From assembly GCA_016432525.1 (NCBI GenBank), contig CP066693.1, positions 416,815 to 480,814 of the forward strand: a stretch of 64,000 nucleotides of DNA, in the 5' to 3' direction. A model generated the notes under the pieces. That model saw only the letters and a list, made by a program, of their open reading frames with translations, did no database searches and was not told the origin of the DNA. Below are positions 48,457 through 58,410 of this stretch, in pieces. The DNA comes from Candidatus Woesebacteria bacterium. GTDB lineage: Bacteria > Patescibacteriota > Microgenomatia > UBA8517. The first letter of the stretch is position 1, and each line of letters begins with the position of its first letter. A program made the position numbers and the translations under genes.

Positions 48457-49350
48457 ATGGAACTTGCAGCCACTCTTTCTCATTTTTTTATTCCAAGAGA
48501 ATCAAATAATCAAAAAGCTCGTCTTCTTCATCCAAGTTTTCTGACAGTCTTTTTAATAGGAATAATTATTTATCAATATGCAATTAATCTTATCTCTTTT
48601 CCTCCGTTAAGAATTTTAGGATATGCCTCAAATATTTCGACTCAAGAAGTAATTAAGCTTACAAACGTAAAAAGAGAAGAAGCAGGACTTTCAGATGTTT
48701 CAGAAAACCCGTTGCTTGATCAGGCAGCTCAGGAAAAAGCCAAAGATATGGTCACAAAAGGATATTGGGCACATGTTGCTCCAGATGGCACACAGCCTTG
48801 GAAATTTTTTGCTGATGTTGATTATAAATACAGATATGCAGGCGAAAATCTGGCTCGAGATTTTAAAGACCCAGCCTCGGCTGTTGATGCTTGGATGGCC
48901 TCTCCATCCCATAGAGATAACATGCTTTCAGGCCATTACAAAGATATTGGTGTTGCTGTAATTGACGGCCAAATTGACGGAAGAGATACAACTATAATAG
49001 TTCAACTTTTTGGAACTACGCTCTCAGAATATGCACAGGCAACGCCAGTTAAAGCAGCAGAAACCAAAAAACCAGAAGTTGCAACGGCTCCAACACCAAC
49101 CTTACCCCCTCTTCCACAAATTGCAAATACCAAAGCGATTACCCAGAGCTATCAAATCTCCCCATTTGATGCAACGCGAGCTGCAGCAATTGGGTTATCA
49201 GCTCTATTTATAACACTTTTTATTCTAGATCTTATAATTGTGAAAAGAAGAAATATAGTTCGTCTGTCAGGCCGCACTTTTGCTCATTTAAGCTTTTTTG
49301 GAATGATAATAGCAATCCTATTAGTTGCAAAAGCTGGAAACATTCTATAA
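48457..49350 (+). CDS. CAP (SCP/PR-1-like) domain protein, membrane anchored at both ends
   Basis: KGYWAHV, GENLAR, MASPSHRDNMLSGHYKDIGVAV CAP motifs. N-terminal and C-terminal TM segments. Confidence 0.75.
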   Translation: MELAATLSHFFIPRESNNQKARLLHPSFLTVFLIGIIIYQYAINLISFPPLRILGYASNISTQEVIKLTNVKREEAGLSDVSENPLLDQAAQEKAKDMVTKGYWAHVAPDGTQPWKFFADVDYKYRYAGENLARDFKDPASAVDAWMASPSHRDNMLSGHYKDIGVAVIDGQIDGRDTTIIVQLFGTTLSEYAQATPVKAAETKKPEVATAPTPTLPPLPQIANTKAITQSYQISPFDATRAAAIGLSALFITLFILDLIIVKRRNIVRLSGRTFAHLSFFGMIIAILLVAKAGNIL

Positions 49351-49356
49351 TTTATT

Positions 49357-49617
49357 ATGCAAAAAATAACCAAACATCTTCAACATTATTCACCTTTAAT
49401 AGGAATATTTATTGTCGGAATCGTAGGCTTTTGGGTTTTTTCCTACAGCAAAAATTTTCAGATAGCCCTAAGTCTATCAATGTGTGTAGGTTATATCTCT
49501 TGGGGAATAGTTCATCACGCTCTACACAAAAATTTAAGCATAGAAGTAGTAGTCGAGTACATTTTTTTTGCAACTCTCGGATTTCTTTTGATGTACTCCA
49601 TAATTTCTAGATCTTAA
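49357..49617 (+). CDS. Small membrane protein
   Basis: 86 aa with two TM helices. Confidence 0.35.
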   Translation: MQKITKHLQHYSPLIGIFIVGIVGFWVFSYSKNFQIALSLSMCVGYISWGIVHHALHKNLSIEVVVEYIFFATLGFLLMYSIISRS

Positions 49618-49625
49618 GATCTTCA

Positions 49626-50147
49626 GTGTATAATACTAAGCATATGTCTAAAAATCACAAAAACGGATATTACAACCAAAGAATTGGGGCCATGACTGTT
49701 GATATGGTTCTTTCAGAAATCGGCAAATTTGTACATGAAGATTCAAATAGTTTCTACAGGCTCGTTATAGGATCAGATTCGCAAATCAAGTTTTCAAATG
49801 GTCTAAGAGAAACTGATTTTGTAACAGCTATAGTAATCCACAGAGTAGGTTTTGGGGCTCGTTACTTCTGGAGTAAAGAAAAAATAAAAAGAGCACCATC
49901 TCTAAAAGAAAAAATCTACACAGAAACAACAAGATCCTTAAATGCAGCTCAAGAACTTTTCCCAAAGCTAGAAAGACTCTTAGCAAAAAATAAATACGAT
50001 TTAGAAATTCATATTGATGTAGGTCAGAATGGACCAACCAGAGATATGATAAAAGAAGTAGTTGGAATGGTTTCGGGTAATGGATTCAAAGCTAAAACCA
50101 AACCAGAAAGTTGGGCTGCCTCGTCTGTTGCTGATAAACACACTTAA
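49626..50147 (+). CDS. DUF458-like (YkuK RNase H-like fold) protein
   Basis: 173 aa. The LVIGSDSQ and AIVIHRVGFGARYF segments resemble the YkuK family. Confidence 0.45.
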   Translation: MYNTKHMSKNHKNGYYNQRIGAMTVDMVLSEIGKFVHEDSNSFYRLVIGSDSQIKFSNGLRETDFVTAIVIHRVGFGARYFWSKEKIKRAPSLKEKIYTETTRSLNAAQELFPKLERLLAKNKYDLEIHIDVGQNGPTRDMIKEVVGMVSGNGFKAKTKPESWAASSVADKHT

Positions 50148-50169
50148 AGTGATAAACACACCTGAAGAT

Positions 50170-50535
50170 TTATTTTCCTCCGCCAAACAATCTACCAATT
50201 AAAGGTAAACTAGCCAATCCGCTTGATTTTTGTTGTTCTGTAGATGCCGGTGCCTGTTCAGGGGTTACTACAGAATCTGCTGTTGGAGTAGGACTATCAA
50301 TTGTTGATGAAAGAATTGGCTCAACTGGCTTAGTATCCTCTTCTCCTGTAAGCGGCTCTTTCATAAGTGGTGGAGTTGGCTTCGTGTCTTCTTCTCCTCT
50401 AGCCGGCTCACTAATAACTGGAGTTACTGTTTGCTCACCTTTTGTTTCCACATCTGTCATAAGATTAACAATAATAAAAATTACTATGTATGTCAATAAT
50501 AGAAAAATTTGCACATTCTGGTATAATGGCTCCAC
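50170..50535 (-). CDS. Secreted Pro/Thr/Glu-rich repeat protein
   Basis: N-terminal TM, then repeats GEEDTKPTPP / GEEDTKPVEP. Confidence 0.4.
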   Translation of the reverse strand: MEPLYQNVQIFLLLTYIVIFIIVNLMTDVETKGEQTVTPVISEPARGEEDTKPTPPLMKEPLTGEEDTKPVEPILSSTIDSPTPTADSVVTPEQAPASTEQQKSSGLASLPLIGRLFGGGK

Positions 50536-50538
50536 TGA

Positions 50539-50781
50539 ATGGAAAGAGTAGAAATTAAAGTAAATCCAGGTGAACTAGCAAAATTTTTAAGCAGTAAAAC
50601 ATGCACACCAACTGAAGAATGTAATGGCCAAAAAGGAACTTATCAAGTTCTGACTGATTACAGAGGTAGGGTTACTAAATTAACTTGCACTGGTTGCTCA
50701 AGAGCAATTAAACCTGAAAATTTAAAATTTTTTGAAGTAATGGAAATAGAAGAAGTAAAAGATGATCGAAAAAGTAAGTGA
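50539..50781 (+). CDS. Small Cys4 zinc-ribbon-like protein
   Basis: 80 aa with Cys pairs CTPTEEC and CTGC. Confidence 0.35.
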   Translation: MERVEIKVNPGELAKFLSSKTCTPTEECNGQKGTYQVLTDYRGRVTKLTCTGCSRAIKPENLKFFEVMEIEEVKDDRKSK

Positions 50782-51766
50782 ATTTACTCCACCCAAAGAA
50801 TGGCTTCCCACCCGAGCTTCTTATCTAATCATCGGCTCAACTGGTCTTATTGGAAGCTCTATAGCTGGATCAATCTCAGGAAAGGACGAAGCTTACGGTC
50901 TTTCAAGAGGAAATCTTGATCACAAAAATGAGCCTATTCCAAGCTTTAGAGCTGACGCGGGAGACAAAGATGCTCTCAAAGAAATTCTTTCGAAAGTTCA
51001 CCCAAACATAATTATAGATTTGGCAGGCAACACAAATCTTGAAGAGTGCCAAGGTAATCCTCAAAAAGCTTATGATCAAAATGTAGGTAGAGTAATTTCT
51101 CTTGTAAGCACAGTATTTCAATTAGACTATAATCCAAAACCAGTAATCCTTTTAGGTTCAACAGATTATGTTTATGGAAGCTGGGGACCTTTTACAGAAG
51201 AAAGTCCAAGAAAAAAAATCCAAAATATACATGACAAAGTCTGTGACTATGCTCAAACAAAGGCAATGGCTGAAAGAGAACTTGTGACGCTTGCAACAAG
51301 ACACAAAATTCCATATGTAATTTTAAGATTTGCCTTTCCCTATAATCAAAAATACAGACAAAAGCCAGGTACTCCAATTTTTATGTTTGAAGCTCTCTCG
51401 CAAGGTAAAAAAATAACAGCTCTGACAGATCTTAAAATGACCATCACTCCAACTCAATACATTCCACCAGCAATTAATACTTTGGTAAGAAGAAGAGCAT
51501 GGGAAGATCCATATCCTATCTTTAATATTGCAGGACCTTCAATTTATAACGGTTTTCAAATCGCTCAAATCTGTAAAGCTGAATTAGAACGTAGAGGTGT
51601 GAGTGTTAAAGATGACCAAACAAGAGCAGATTTAGTAGATCATTTTTTTGAAGGCAAGGCTCCTCGTCCCATAAATGGTGGAGTGCTTACCTCTAAAATT
51701 CAAAAACTGGGAATAGTAATACCTGATTTAAAAGATGATATCAAAACTTTTACTCTACCTTCTTAA
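50762..51766 (+). CDS. NAD-dependent epimerase/dehydratase family protein
   Basis: Rossmann IIGSTGLIGSSI near the N-terminus. 334 aa. Confidence 0.65.
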   Translation: MIEKVSEFTPPKEWLPTRASYLIIGSTGLIGSSIAGSISGKDEAYGLSRGNLDHKNEPIPSFRADAGDKDALKEILSKVHPNIIIDLAGNTNLEECQGNPQKAYDQNVGRVISLVSTVFQLDYNPKPVILLGSTDYVYGSWGPFTEESPRKKIQNIHDKVCDYAQTKAMAERELVTLATRHKIPYVILRFAFPYNQKYRQKPGTPIFMFEALSQGKKITALTDLKMTITPTQYIPPAINTLVRRRAWEDPYPIFNIAGPSIYNGFQIAQICKAELERRGVSVKDDQTRADLVDHFFEGKAPRPINGGVLTSKIQKLGIVIPDLKDDIKTFTLPS

Positions 51767-52427
51767 TTAAATCAGGTCTGTTCTTTTTGGTTTTGACAAT
51801 TGCCTTAATCTCTTTCCACTTTTCAATTTCACTATGATTTCCAGAAAGTAAAACCCCAGGAACCTTTAACCCTTCAAATTCTTCAGGACGCGTATATTGA
51901 GGATACTCAACCAAATCTCTTTTAGTAAAAGACTCAAATTTGGTTGCATCTTCTTTTGGAATAGCACCTGGAATTAATCTAACAACCGCATCAGTTATAA
52001 CCATGGAAGGAATCTCTCCGCCAGTTAAAACATAATCTCCAACTGTAATTTCTTCGTCAACATATTCTAAAATCCTCTCATCAAAACCTTCATAATGCCC
52101 ACAAATTAAAATTAAATTTTCAAGTTTTGAATATTCACTTGCCTTTTGCTGAGTAAACTTTTTTCCACCCGCGGAAAGCAAAATTACTTTTGAATTTTTA
52201 CTTTTAATCTCATTTATTGCTTTGACAACCACATCCACCCTTAATATCATCCCAACTCCTCCGCTATAAGGCCTATCGTCAACTGTCCGACGCTCTCCAA
52301 TTCCATATTTTCTCAAATCATGAATTTCAATCTTTGCTAAATTATTTTTAATTGCCCGATCCATTATGGAGTAATCAAAAGGCCCCTTAAACATTTCCGG
52401 GAAAAGTGTCACTATGTCAATTTTCAT
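51750..52427 (-). CDS. trmD: tRNA (guanine37-N1)-methyltransferase TrmD
   Basis: MKIDIVTLFPEMF N-terminus, SPOUT knot region. Convergent 17-nt overlap with the upstream gene. Confidence 0.9.
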   Translation of the reverse strand: MKIDIVTLFPEMFKGPFDYSIMDRAIKNNLAKIEIHDLRKYGIGERRTVDDRPYSGGVGMILRVDVVVKAINEIKSKNSKVILLSAGGKKFTQQKASEYSKLENLILICGHYEGFDERILEYVDEEITVGDYVLTGGEIPSMVITDAVVRLIPGAIPKEDATKFESFTKRDLVEYPQYTRPEEFEGLKVPGVLLSGNHSEIEKWKEIKAIVKTKKNRPDLIKKVE

Positions 52428-52449
52428 AAGTGTATTATATAATTAAAAT

Positions 52450-53010
52450 ATGCTTAAAGATATAATTGCCAAAGCAAAGAAAATTATTCTCACTCCTAAA
52501 GAGTTTTTCCAAAGTGCCAAAAAAGAAACAGGAATAAAGACAGCTCTCTCATTTTTTGCCATACTTTCACTTTTTAACGCAATTCTCTCAGTAGTAATTT
52601 TTTTTATAACAAATTCAAGCAGTCTTTCAAAAACTTCCATGTCCTCCTCCTTTTTTGGCCCGTCACTCGTAATCGGATACCTTATAAATTTAGGTATAAG
52701 TTTTGTTTATGCAGGGCTCCTTCACCTCTGGATCAAATTATTTAAAGGATCGGGAAAGTTTGAAAAAACATATCAACTTTATGTTTACTCTCAAACTCTA
52801 AAACTTTTAATTGGCTGGATTCCAGTTGCAAGTATCTTGGGTTGGTTTTATAGTTTTTATCTTTTAATTATTGGAACTCAAGAGTTTCACAAAATTTCAA
52901 AGAAAAAGACAATTATCATGTATATAATTCCAGCTGTTTTACTAACTATTTTAGGATTTGTAGTAGCTTTCCTGGTATCTCAGTATTTAGTCACCAACCC
53001 TAAACTTTAA
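52450..53010 (+). CDS. Yip1-domain membrane protein
   Basis: 186 aa with five TM segments in a Yip1-like arrangement. Confidence 0.45.
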   Translation: MLKDIIAKAKKIILTPKEFFQSAKKETGIKTALSFFAILSLFNAILSVVIFFITNSSSLSKTSMSSSFFGPSLVIGYLINLGISFVYAGLLHLWIKLFKGSGKFEKTYQLYVYSQTLKLLIGWIPVASILGWFYSFYLLIIGTQEFHKISKKKTIIMYIIPAVLLTILGFVVAFLVSQYLVTNPKL

Positions 53011-54170
53011 TGAAAAAAAGAGTAGTTATTATCATTCCCACTTATAACGAAAAAGAAAACATAAAAAAGATGATTGATGAACTTGTCGGTCACGAGTTTC
53101 CTAAAATTGATGCAGACATGCAGCTTCTTGTAGTTGATGATTATTCTCCTGACGGAACAGGTGATATCGTTAAAGATGCTATGAAAAAGCACAAAAATAT
53201 TCATCTCTTACAAAAACAAAAGGAAGGACTAGGGGCAGCTTATATTGCTGGAATGAAATATGCCCAAAAGGATCTTAAAGCCGATGCAGTCATGGAAATG
53301 GATGCTGATTTTCAACACCCTCCACGTTTTGTAAAGCCAATGGTTGAAGCCTTTCTAAATGGAGCAGATTACGCAATTGGTTCCCGCTATATTAAAGGCG
53401 GCTCGGTACCCAAAGAGTGGGCATTGAGTCGAAAGGCAGTAAGTTTTTTTGGAAATTTATTTATCCGCATTGTTCTTCTAAAGCCAAAACTTCACGACCT
53501 AACAACTGGCTTTAGGCTCACAAGAGTAAAAGGAGTGCTTGATAAAATCGATTTAGATAATTTGATGGAAAAAAAGCGTTTTGCTTACAAAGTTGATCTT
53601 TTATACCAAAGCGTCAAAAATTCCCAAAAAGTAGTTGAAGTCCCTCTTGAATTTGCAGCCCGCACAAAAGAAAAATCAAAATTCAACTCAAAAGAAATGA
53701 TTTCAACTTTTAAAGTAGCCATAATATTGGGGATAAAAGATAAAATCCACTTCATAAAATTTGCGATAGTCGGCTTTACTGGTTTTGTTATTAACTTCGT
53801 TTCTCTTAGAATTTTTAGAGACCTGGGTTTTGCTGAAGTTTTATCTTGGCTTTTTTCAACAGAACTCGCAATTATTTCAAATTTCACTTTCAATAACATT
53901 TGGACATTTAAAGAATCTAAAATTTCAGGAATTTCTAAAACTATCTCTAAATTTATTCAGTTTAATTTAACTTCAACAGGGGCTTTAATAATTCAATCAA
54001 TTGCAGGCCCAATTGGAGTAGGAATAGTAGGAGCGAAATATGATTTCATAGTCCTATTTTTTGTAGTTGCTTTCTTAGTTCTTCCTTATAACTATGCAAT
54101 GTACAATATAGTAATCTGGAAACGTTGGAAAATCCCCGGCCTTTCTAAACTTCAGAAGATGGTTGGATAA
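53010..54170 (+). CDS. GT2 glycosyltransferase (dolichyl/polyprenyl-phosphate sugar synthase-like) fused to GtrA-like membrane domain
   Basis: IIIPTYNEKENI, VVDDYSPDGT and DADFQHPP motifs, then a 4-TM C-terminal domain. Confidence 0.8.
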   Translation: MKKRVVIIIPTYNEKENIKKMIDELVGHEFPKIDADMQLLVVDDYSPDGTGDIVKDAMKKHKNIHLLQKQKEGLGAAYIAGMKYAQKDLKADAVMEMDADFQHPPRFVKPMVEAFLNGADYAIGSRYIKGGSVPKEWALSRKAVSFFGNLFIRIVLLKPKLHDLTTGFRLTRVKGVLDKIDLDNLMEKKRFAYKVDLLYQSVKNSQKVVEVPLEFAARTKEKSKFNSKEMISTFKVAIILGIKDKIHFIKFAIVGFTGFVINFVSLRIFRDLGFAEVLSWLFSTELAIISNFTFNNIWTFKESKISGISKTISKFIQFNLTSTGALIIQSIAGPIGVGIVGAKYDFIVLFFVVAFLVLPYNYAMYNIVIWKRWKIPGLSKLQKMVG

Positions 54171-54227
54171 GTGTTATAATTCAGACGTACTTTACCAATT
54201 AATGATACTTCAGGGGAGATCTGGAAA

Positions 54228-54998
54228 ATGAAAAACACGATAGTAATTGAAACTAGTTCCTATCCGGCAAGCAGAACATACAGCCCAACAATTAAGGGAC
54301 AACTTTCAAAAGGAGGCGGGTTGTTCGGCAATGAAACGTACATTCACAAACCTTTTCCTCCAACCGATAAAGACGGCAAAGCTAACATAAAATCACTCAC
54401 ACCTATCGGAATTAAAGTGGCCAAAAATCTTCTGGCAATTGAAGGAGTTGATTATTTAAAAATAAAAATCTATGAATTTGAAGTCAATATCCGCAAAGGG
54501 TTTAAATGGGAAGAGGTTCATCCACTAATTCTAGAAGGCCTAACTTTAGCATTGGAGTGGACAGAATACGAACTAGTTGATAGCAGTAAATGGTTAAAGG
54601 AAAGAGACGAAGAAAGTGCCAAATTTTCAAAACAACTAAGAAACGAACCTGATCCTATTCCTGAGGAAGAAAAAAGCTATGTGTCTCCAGAAAATATCAC
54701 TGTTAAGATAGAACAAAGAGAATCAGGAGTAATCTCTTTAACATTTATGCCTCCAAAAGCAATCTCTGAAGAAGATTTGTCTTTTTCACACCCTCTTTCT
54801 GCAAGAGAAAAAAGAAAAATCCAGAAACTGGATACTCAAAGGAAAACTCTTGTAGAGAGGATACTTTCAATCGAAGGAGTAATTAGTTTAAGTTTTTGGG
54901 GAGTTTATCTGATCAATATAGCATCAAGTCCTGCGTTTGATAAGATTCATATAAGAGATGAAGTGGTAAAGATCATCAAAGAGGTGTATCTGTCATAA
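54228..54998 (+). CDS. Hypothetical protein
   Basis: 256-aa soluble ORF with no recognised motif. Confidence 0.4.
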   Translation: MKNTIVIETSSYPASRTYSPTIKGQLSKGGGLFGNETYIHKPFPPTDKDGKANIKSLTPIGIKVAKNLLAIEGVDYLKIKIYEFEVNIRKGFKWEEVHPLILEGLTLALEWTEYELVDSSKWLKERDEESAKFSKQLRNEPDPIPEEEKSYVSPENITVKIEQRESGVISLTFMPPKAISEEDLSFSHPLSAREKRKIQKLDTQRKTLVERILSIEGVISLSFWGVYLINIASSPAFDKIHIRDEVVKIIKEVYLS

Positions 54999-55037
54999 AA
55001 ATTAGCCTGATTAGTACAAAAAATAGTACTGGTCAGG

Positions 55038-55493
55038 CTACTTTACTTCAGAAGATGCTGAAGTAGTAGAAGTTATAAGGTATTCAGGCTTAAAATCATT
55101 CACATTTGGTCTTTTTGCAAACACATTTACCTTCATCCCAACCGTAAAATTATTTTCGACCCCATGATAGTTTATATCCACTTTCAATCCTTCTGAAAAT
55201 TTAACTCCAATTTCAATTTTTCTTCCACCTCCATTTTTAGAAAAATTATGATCAGCCGAAATTGAACAAATCTCTCCAATTCCTATAAAAACTTTCCCCA
55301 AATCTTGGTGACAGTTAGGACAGGCTCCTTTTTCTCCAAAAATTTTTGTATCACAGCAAGGACAAGCCTGCCCCTCAAATCTCAAAAACTTATCTTTTAA
55401 TCTCCAAAATATTGGATTATTCTCTACTGACATAACTACTTTATTATATACCCCTTCGGCTAATTTTCCTGAAAATTTCTTTTTTGAAACCAA
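55038..55493 (-). CDS. Zinc-ribbon/OB-fold protein (DUF35-like, tentative)
   Basis: CPCC...CPNC zinc ribbon followed by a beta-rich C-terminal domain. Confidence 0.35.
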   Translation of the reverse strand: MVSKKKFSGKLAEGVYNKVVMSVENNPIFWRLKDKFLRFEGQACPCCDTKIFGEKGACPNCHQDLGKVFIGIGEICSISADHNFSKNGGGRKIEIGVKFSEGLKVDINYHGVENNFTVGMKVNVFAKRPNVNDFKPEYLITSTTSASSEVK

Positions 55494-55578
55494 CTATACC
55501 GGAATATATTAAATTATATAATGTAATAAATTGGGAATTGCGATTTATAATCCAAGGTAATATATTTGTATCTAAGAA

Positions 55579-56112
55579 ATGAGAGAGTTAATTTTTGCAA
55601 CTACAAACGAAGGAAAGCTAAGAGAAGCAAGAGATATATTAGGTATTGAAATAAAATCACTTGATTTAAAAGTTGGAGAAATTCAAACTCTTGATCCCAT
55701 CGAATGTGTAGAAAAAAAAGCAGAAGCAGCTTACGCTATCGCAAGAACTCCAATATTAGTTGAAGATACTTCTTTGTCTTTTGAGGCTTGGAATGGACTA
55801 CCAGGTGTTTTTATAGATTATTTTATGAAGACACTTGATAACAGTGGTTTGACCAAACTTCTAAAAGGAAAAGACAGAAGAGCGAAAGCTCAAACTAGCC
55901 TATGTTTCTATGATGGCAAAGAAAAAATAACTGTTTTTGGTGCTATTAACGGTAAAATAGCTATTAAACCAAGAGGAGGCAATGGCTTTGGCTGGGACTC
56001 TATCTTCATTCCAAAAGGATACAACCAAACCTTTGCAGAACTTTCAAATGAATCAAAAAACAAAATTTCCATGCGTAAAATTGCTTTGGGAAAGTTGAAG
56101 TCTAAGATCTAA
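55579..56112 (+). CDS. rdgB: Non-canonical purine NTP pyrophosphatase (RdgB/HAM1 family)
   Basis: FATTNEGKLRE N-terminus. GFGWDSIF motif. Confidence 0.8.
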   Translation: MRELIFATTNEGKLREARDILGIEIKSLDLKVGEIQTLDPIECVEKKAEAAYAIARTPILVEDTSLSFEAWNGLPGVFIDYFMKTLDNSGLTKLLKGKDRRAKAQTSLCFYDGKEKITVFGAINGKIAIKPRGGNGFGWDSIFIPKGYNQTFAELSNESKNKISMRKIALGKLKSKI

Positions 56113-56260
56113 TCTCCAAATCCTTTACTTTTTTCCAATTTGTATTATAATTTATTTTTATAGGATATAGCATAAATAAATGGAGTATTCTATGAATCAA
56201 TAGCTCTTTCAAATTACTAAAGTAAGAATCGAAAAACAAAGTTTCCCTAAAGGAGGAGAC

Positions 56261-56551
56261 ATGTCTGAAATTCAACAAACATTACGCGGTTTCGTGTCGT
56301 TGGAAGGGATTGATTTCACTTGGAAAACCCCTTTCTCTCAATGGTTACGTCGCGATCTTACTGCACAAGGCAATAGAGTGGTAATCACTCGTGATCCACC
56401 ATATTACATTTCACCTTGGACTGAGTTTCATGAATCTTTTGAAAGAGGAGAGAATCTTGCCAAGATATCAGAGGCATTTCTTCTCCTAACGCCAATCTTC
56501 TCTACAAAAATGGAGCCCAATCTGATATCGGCATTACATTATTTGAGATAA
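56261..56551 (+). CDS. Small hypothetical protein
   Basis: Strong RBS AAAGGAGGAGAC before the ATG. Its 3' end overlaps the convergent membrane protein gene by 50 nt. Confidence 0.35.
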   Translation: MSEIQQTLRGFVSLEGIDFTWKTPFSQWLRRDLTAQGNRVVITRDPPYYISPWTEFHESFERGENLAKISEAFLLLTPIFSTKMEPNLISALHYLR

Positions 56552-57653
56552 AAGCAAGCGAAAACAAATATATTGGAACTAATAAAAACAAAATCGCGAG
56601 CTTAAATTCACGTTTAACTAGATATTTTGAAAATGCTGCATATAAAAAAGGGACTATCGGTAGGCTGTATCTAATTAAATCTCTATGGGAAACAAAAATC
56701 GTCGAGAAGAAAAATACCGCAACAAACCAAAATAACGTTTTATCTTTCTCTTTCCAGAGAGTAGCTATTCCCAAAAATCCCAACAAATAAACAAAAATAA
56801 TTTCCTCAAGCCAATGGGTGTTAACCCAAGGTTGAGCGTAGTTAAATATTTCAAAAGGAGGGAAAAATAAATGAATATTATCACCTGAGTGAAAATAAGA
56901 AAAGAAGTCTCCAAGGCTGAATTTATAAAGAAAAAATACTCCGACTAAAGAAAGAGGTATTAAGAGAACTAAAATAAATAAAAAGTTAAGTCTGCTAACA
57001 GTTTTGCCAAAATTAGAAATTATTAATCTTTTTCCAGCCGGAAGTCCAATTGCTAAAAGGTAAGAAACAAACAATAAAATAGCAGGAGATTTGGTAATTT
57101 GTGCAACAACTCCCCAAATAGAGGCAAGTAAATAATTTTTTCTCTTAAAGTAATAAATAGATGCAATTATAGCCCCAACAAAAAGTGGCTCAGGTGAACC
57201 TACTGATCGAACAATCAAAAATCTTGCAGGAAAGACACTAAAAGCAAAAGTTAAAAAAAGAGCATCTTGGTTCGATACATAATCTCGAATAAATTTATAA
57301 AAGAAAAATAAGCAAATAAAAGAAGAGAGAAGGCTTACAACAAGCATTGCATAAGGCATAACTAATATAAGAGAAAAAATCCTTATCAAAAAGGGGAAAA
57401 AAGGAAAATGTGCAGCGTAATATATTACAGGTAAATTAAAAGAAAACGAATGTTCTATTTGTGACGCATTATAAAAAGTTTTCGCAACCACCATATAAAG
57501 AGGCCCATCATAATTTGCAACAATAGTAGCCATCCCATTTTGAGGAAGAGGTATTCCCCAAATGCTTTGAGCCCTTACGATAAAAGGAAACCAGATTAAT
57601 AGCGTCGGAATAAAAGTTATTGCAAAAATCGCCAAGACCGTTCTTAATTTCAT
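56502..57653 (-). CDS. Polytopic membrane protein, likely glycosylation-related
   Basis: 383 aa with at least 10 TM helices. It lies inside the glycosyltransferase island. Confidence 0.45.
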   Translation of the reverse strand: MKLRTVLAIFAITFIPTLLIWFPFIVRAQSIWGIPLPQNGMATIVANYDGPLYMVVAKTFYNASQIEHSFSFNLPVIYYAAHFPFFPFLIRIFSLILVMPYAMLVVSLLSSFICLFFFYKFIRDYVSNQDALFLTFAFSVFPARFLIVRSVGSPEPLFVGAIIASIYYFKRKNYLLASIWGVVAQITKSPAILLFVSYLLAIGLPAGKRLIISNFGKTVSRLNFLFILVLLIPLSLVGVFFLYKFSLGDFFSYFHSGDNIHLFFPPFEIFNYAQPWVNTHWLEEIIFVYLLGFLGIATLWKEKDKTLFWFVAVFFFSTIFVSHRDLIRYSLPIVPFLYAAFSKYLVKREFKLAILFLLVPIYLFSLAFISNNVMPISDWAPFL

Positions 57654-57702
57654 CTAGTTAAAATTATACACTTAAGTACGTTTCTGATAAACTAAATCTA
57701 CA

Positions 57703-58410
57703 ATGAAAATGATCTCAAATCTTTCTGTCTTCTTTCCAGCCTATAATGAAGAAGAAAACATAAAAAATACTGTAGAAAAAGCAAAGAAACTTCTTCAAAA
57801 AATATCAGATAACTGGGAAATAATCATTATAAATGATGGATCATCTGATAAAACCGAAAAGATCTCCAAAAAATTAGTAAACGAAGATAAAAAAATAAAA
57901 TTAATCACTCACAGCCCAAATCGAGGATATGGTGCAGCCGTAAAATCAGGTTTATATAATTCCAAATATGATTGGATTGCTTTTACTGATTCAGATGGCC
58001 AATTTGATTTTTCAGAAATTACAAATTTTATTGAAAAACAGCGTGAATCTAACGCCGATCTGGTAGTAGGCTACTACAAAAAAAGACAGGTCTCAAAATT
58101 TAAAATCATAACCAGCAAGATGTGGGAACTGGCAGTATTTCTTCTATTCGGATTAAAAGTCCATGATATCGATTGTGGTTTTAAATTAATTTCTAAAAAT
58201 GTCATTGATAAAATCCCAAAACTTGAAAGCGAGCGAGGTGCTTTTATCTCAAGTGAATTTTTAATTAAAGCAAAAAAATCAGGTTTTAAAATTGTTGAAA
58301 TTCCAGTGACCCACTTCCCTCGAACAAAAGGGACTGGTACTGGTAGAAATATTGATGTAATCATAAAAAGTTTTCTAGATCTTTTTCACCTATGGCAAAA
58401 ACTTCACTAA
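57703..58410 (+). CDS. GT2 glycosyltransferase (polyprenyl-phosphate sugar transferase-like)
   Basis: FFPAYNEEENI, IIINDGSSDKT and DSDGQ motifs. Confidence 0.8.
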   Translation: MKMISNLSVFFPAYNEEENIKNTVEKAKKLLQKISDNWEIIIINDGSSDKTEKISKKLVNEDKKIKLITHSPNRGYGAAVKSGLYNSKYDWIAFTDSDGQFDFSEITNFIEKQRESNADLVVGYYKKRQVSKFKIITSKMWELAVFLLFGLKVHDIDCGFKLISKNVIDKIPKLESERGAFISSEFLIKAKKSGFKIVEIPVTHFPRTKGTGTGRNIDVIIKSFLDLFHLWQKLH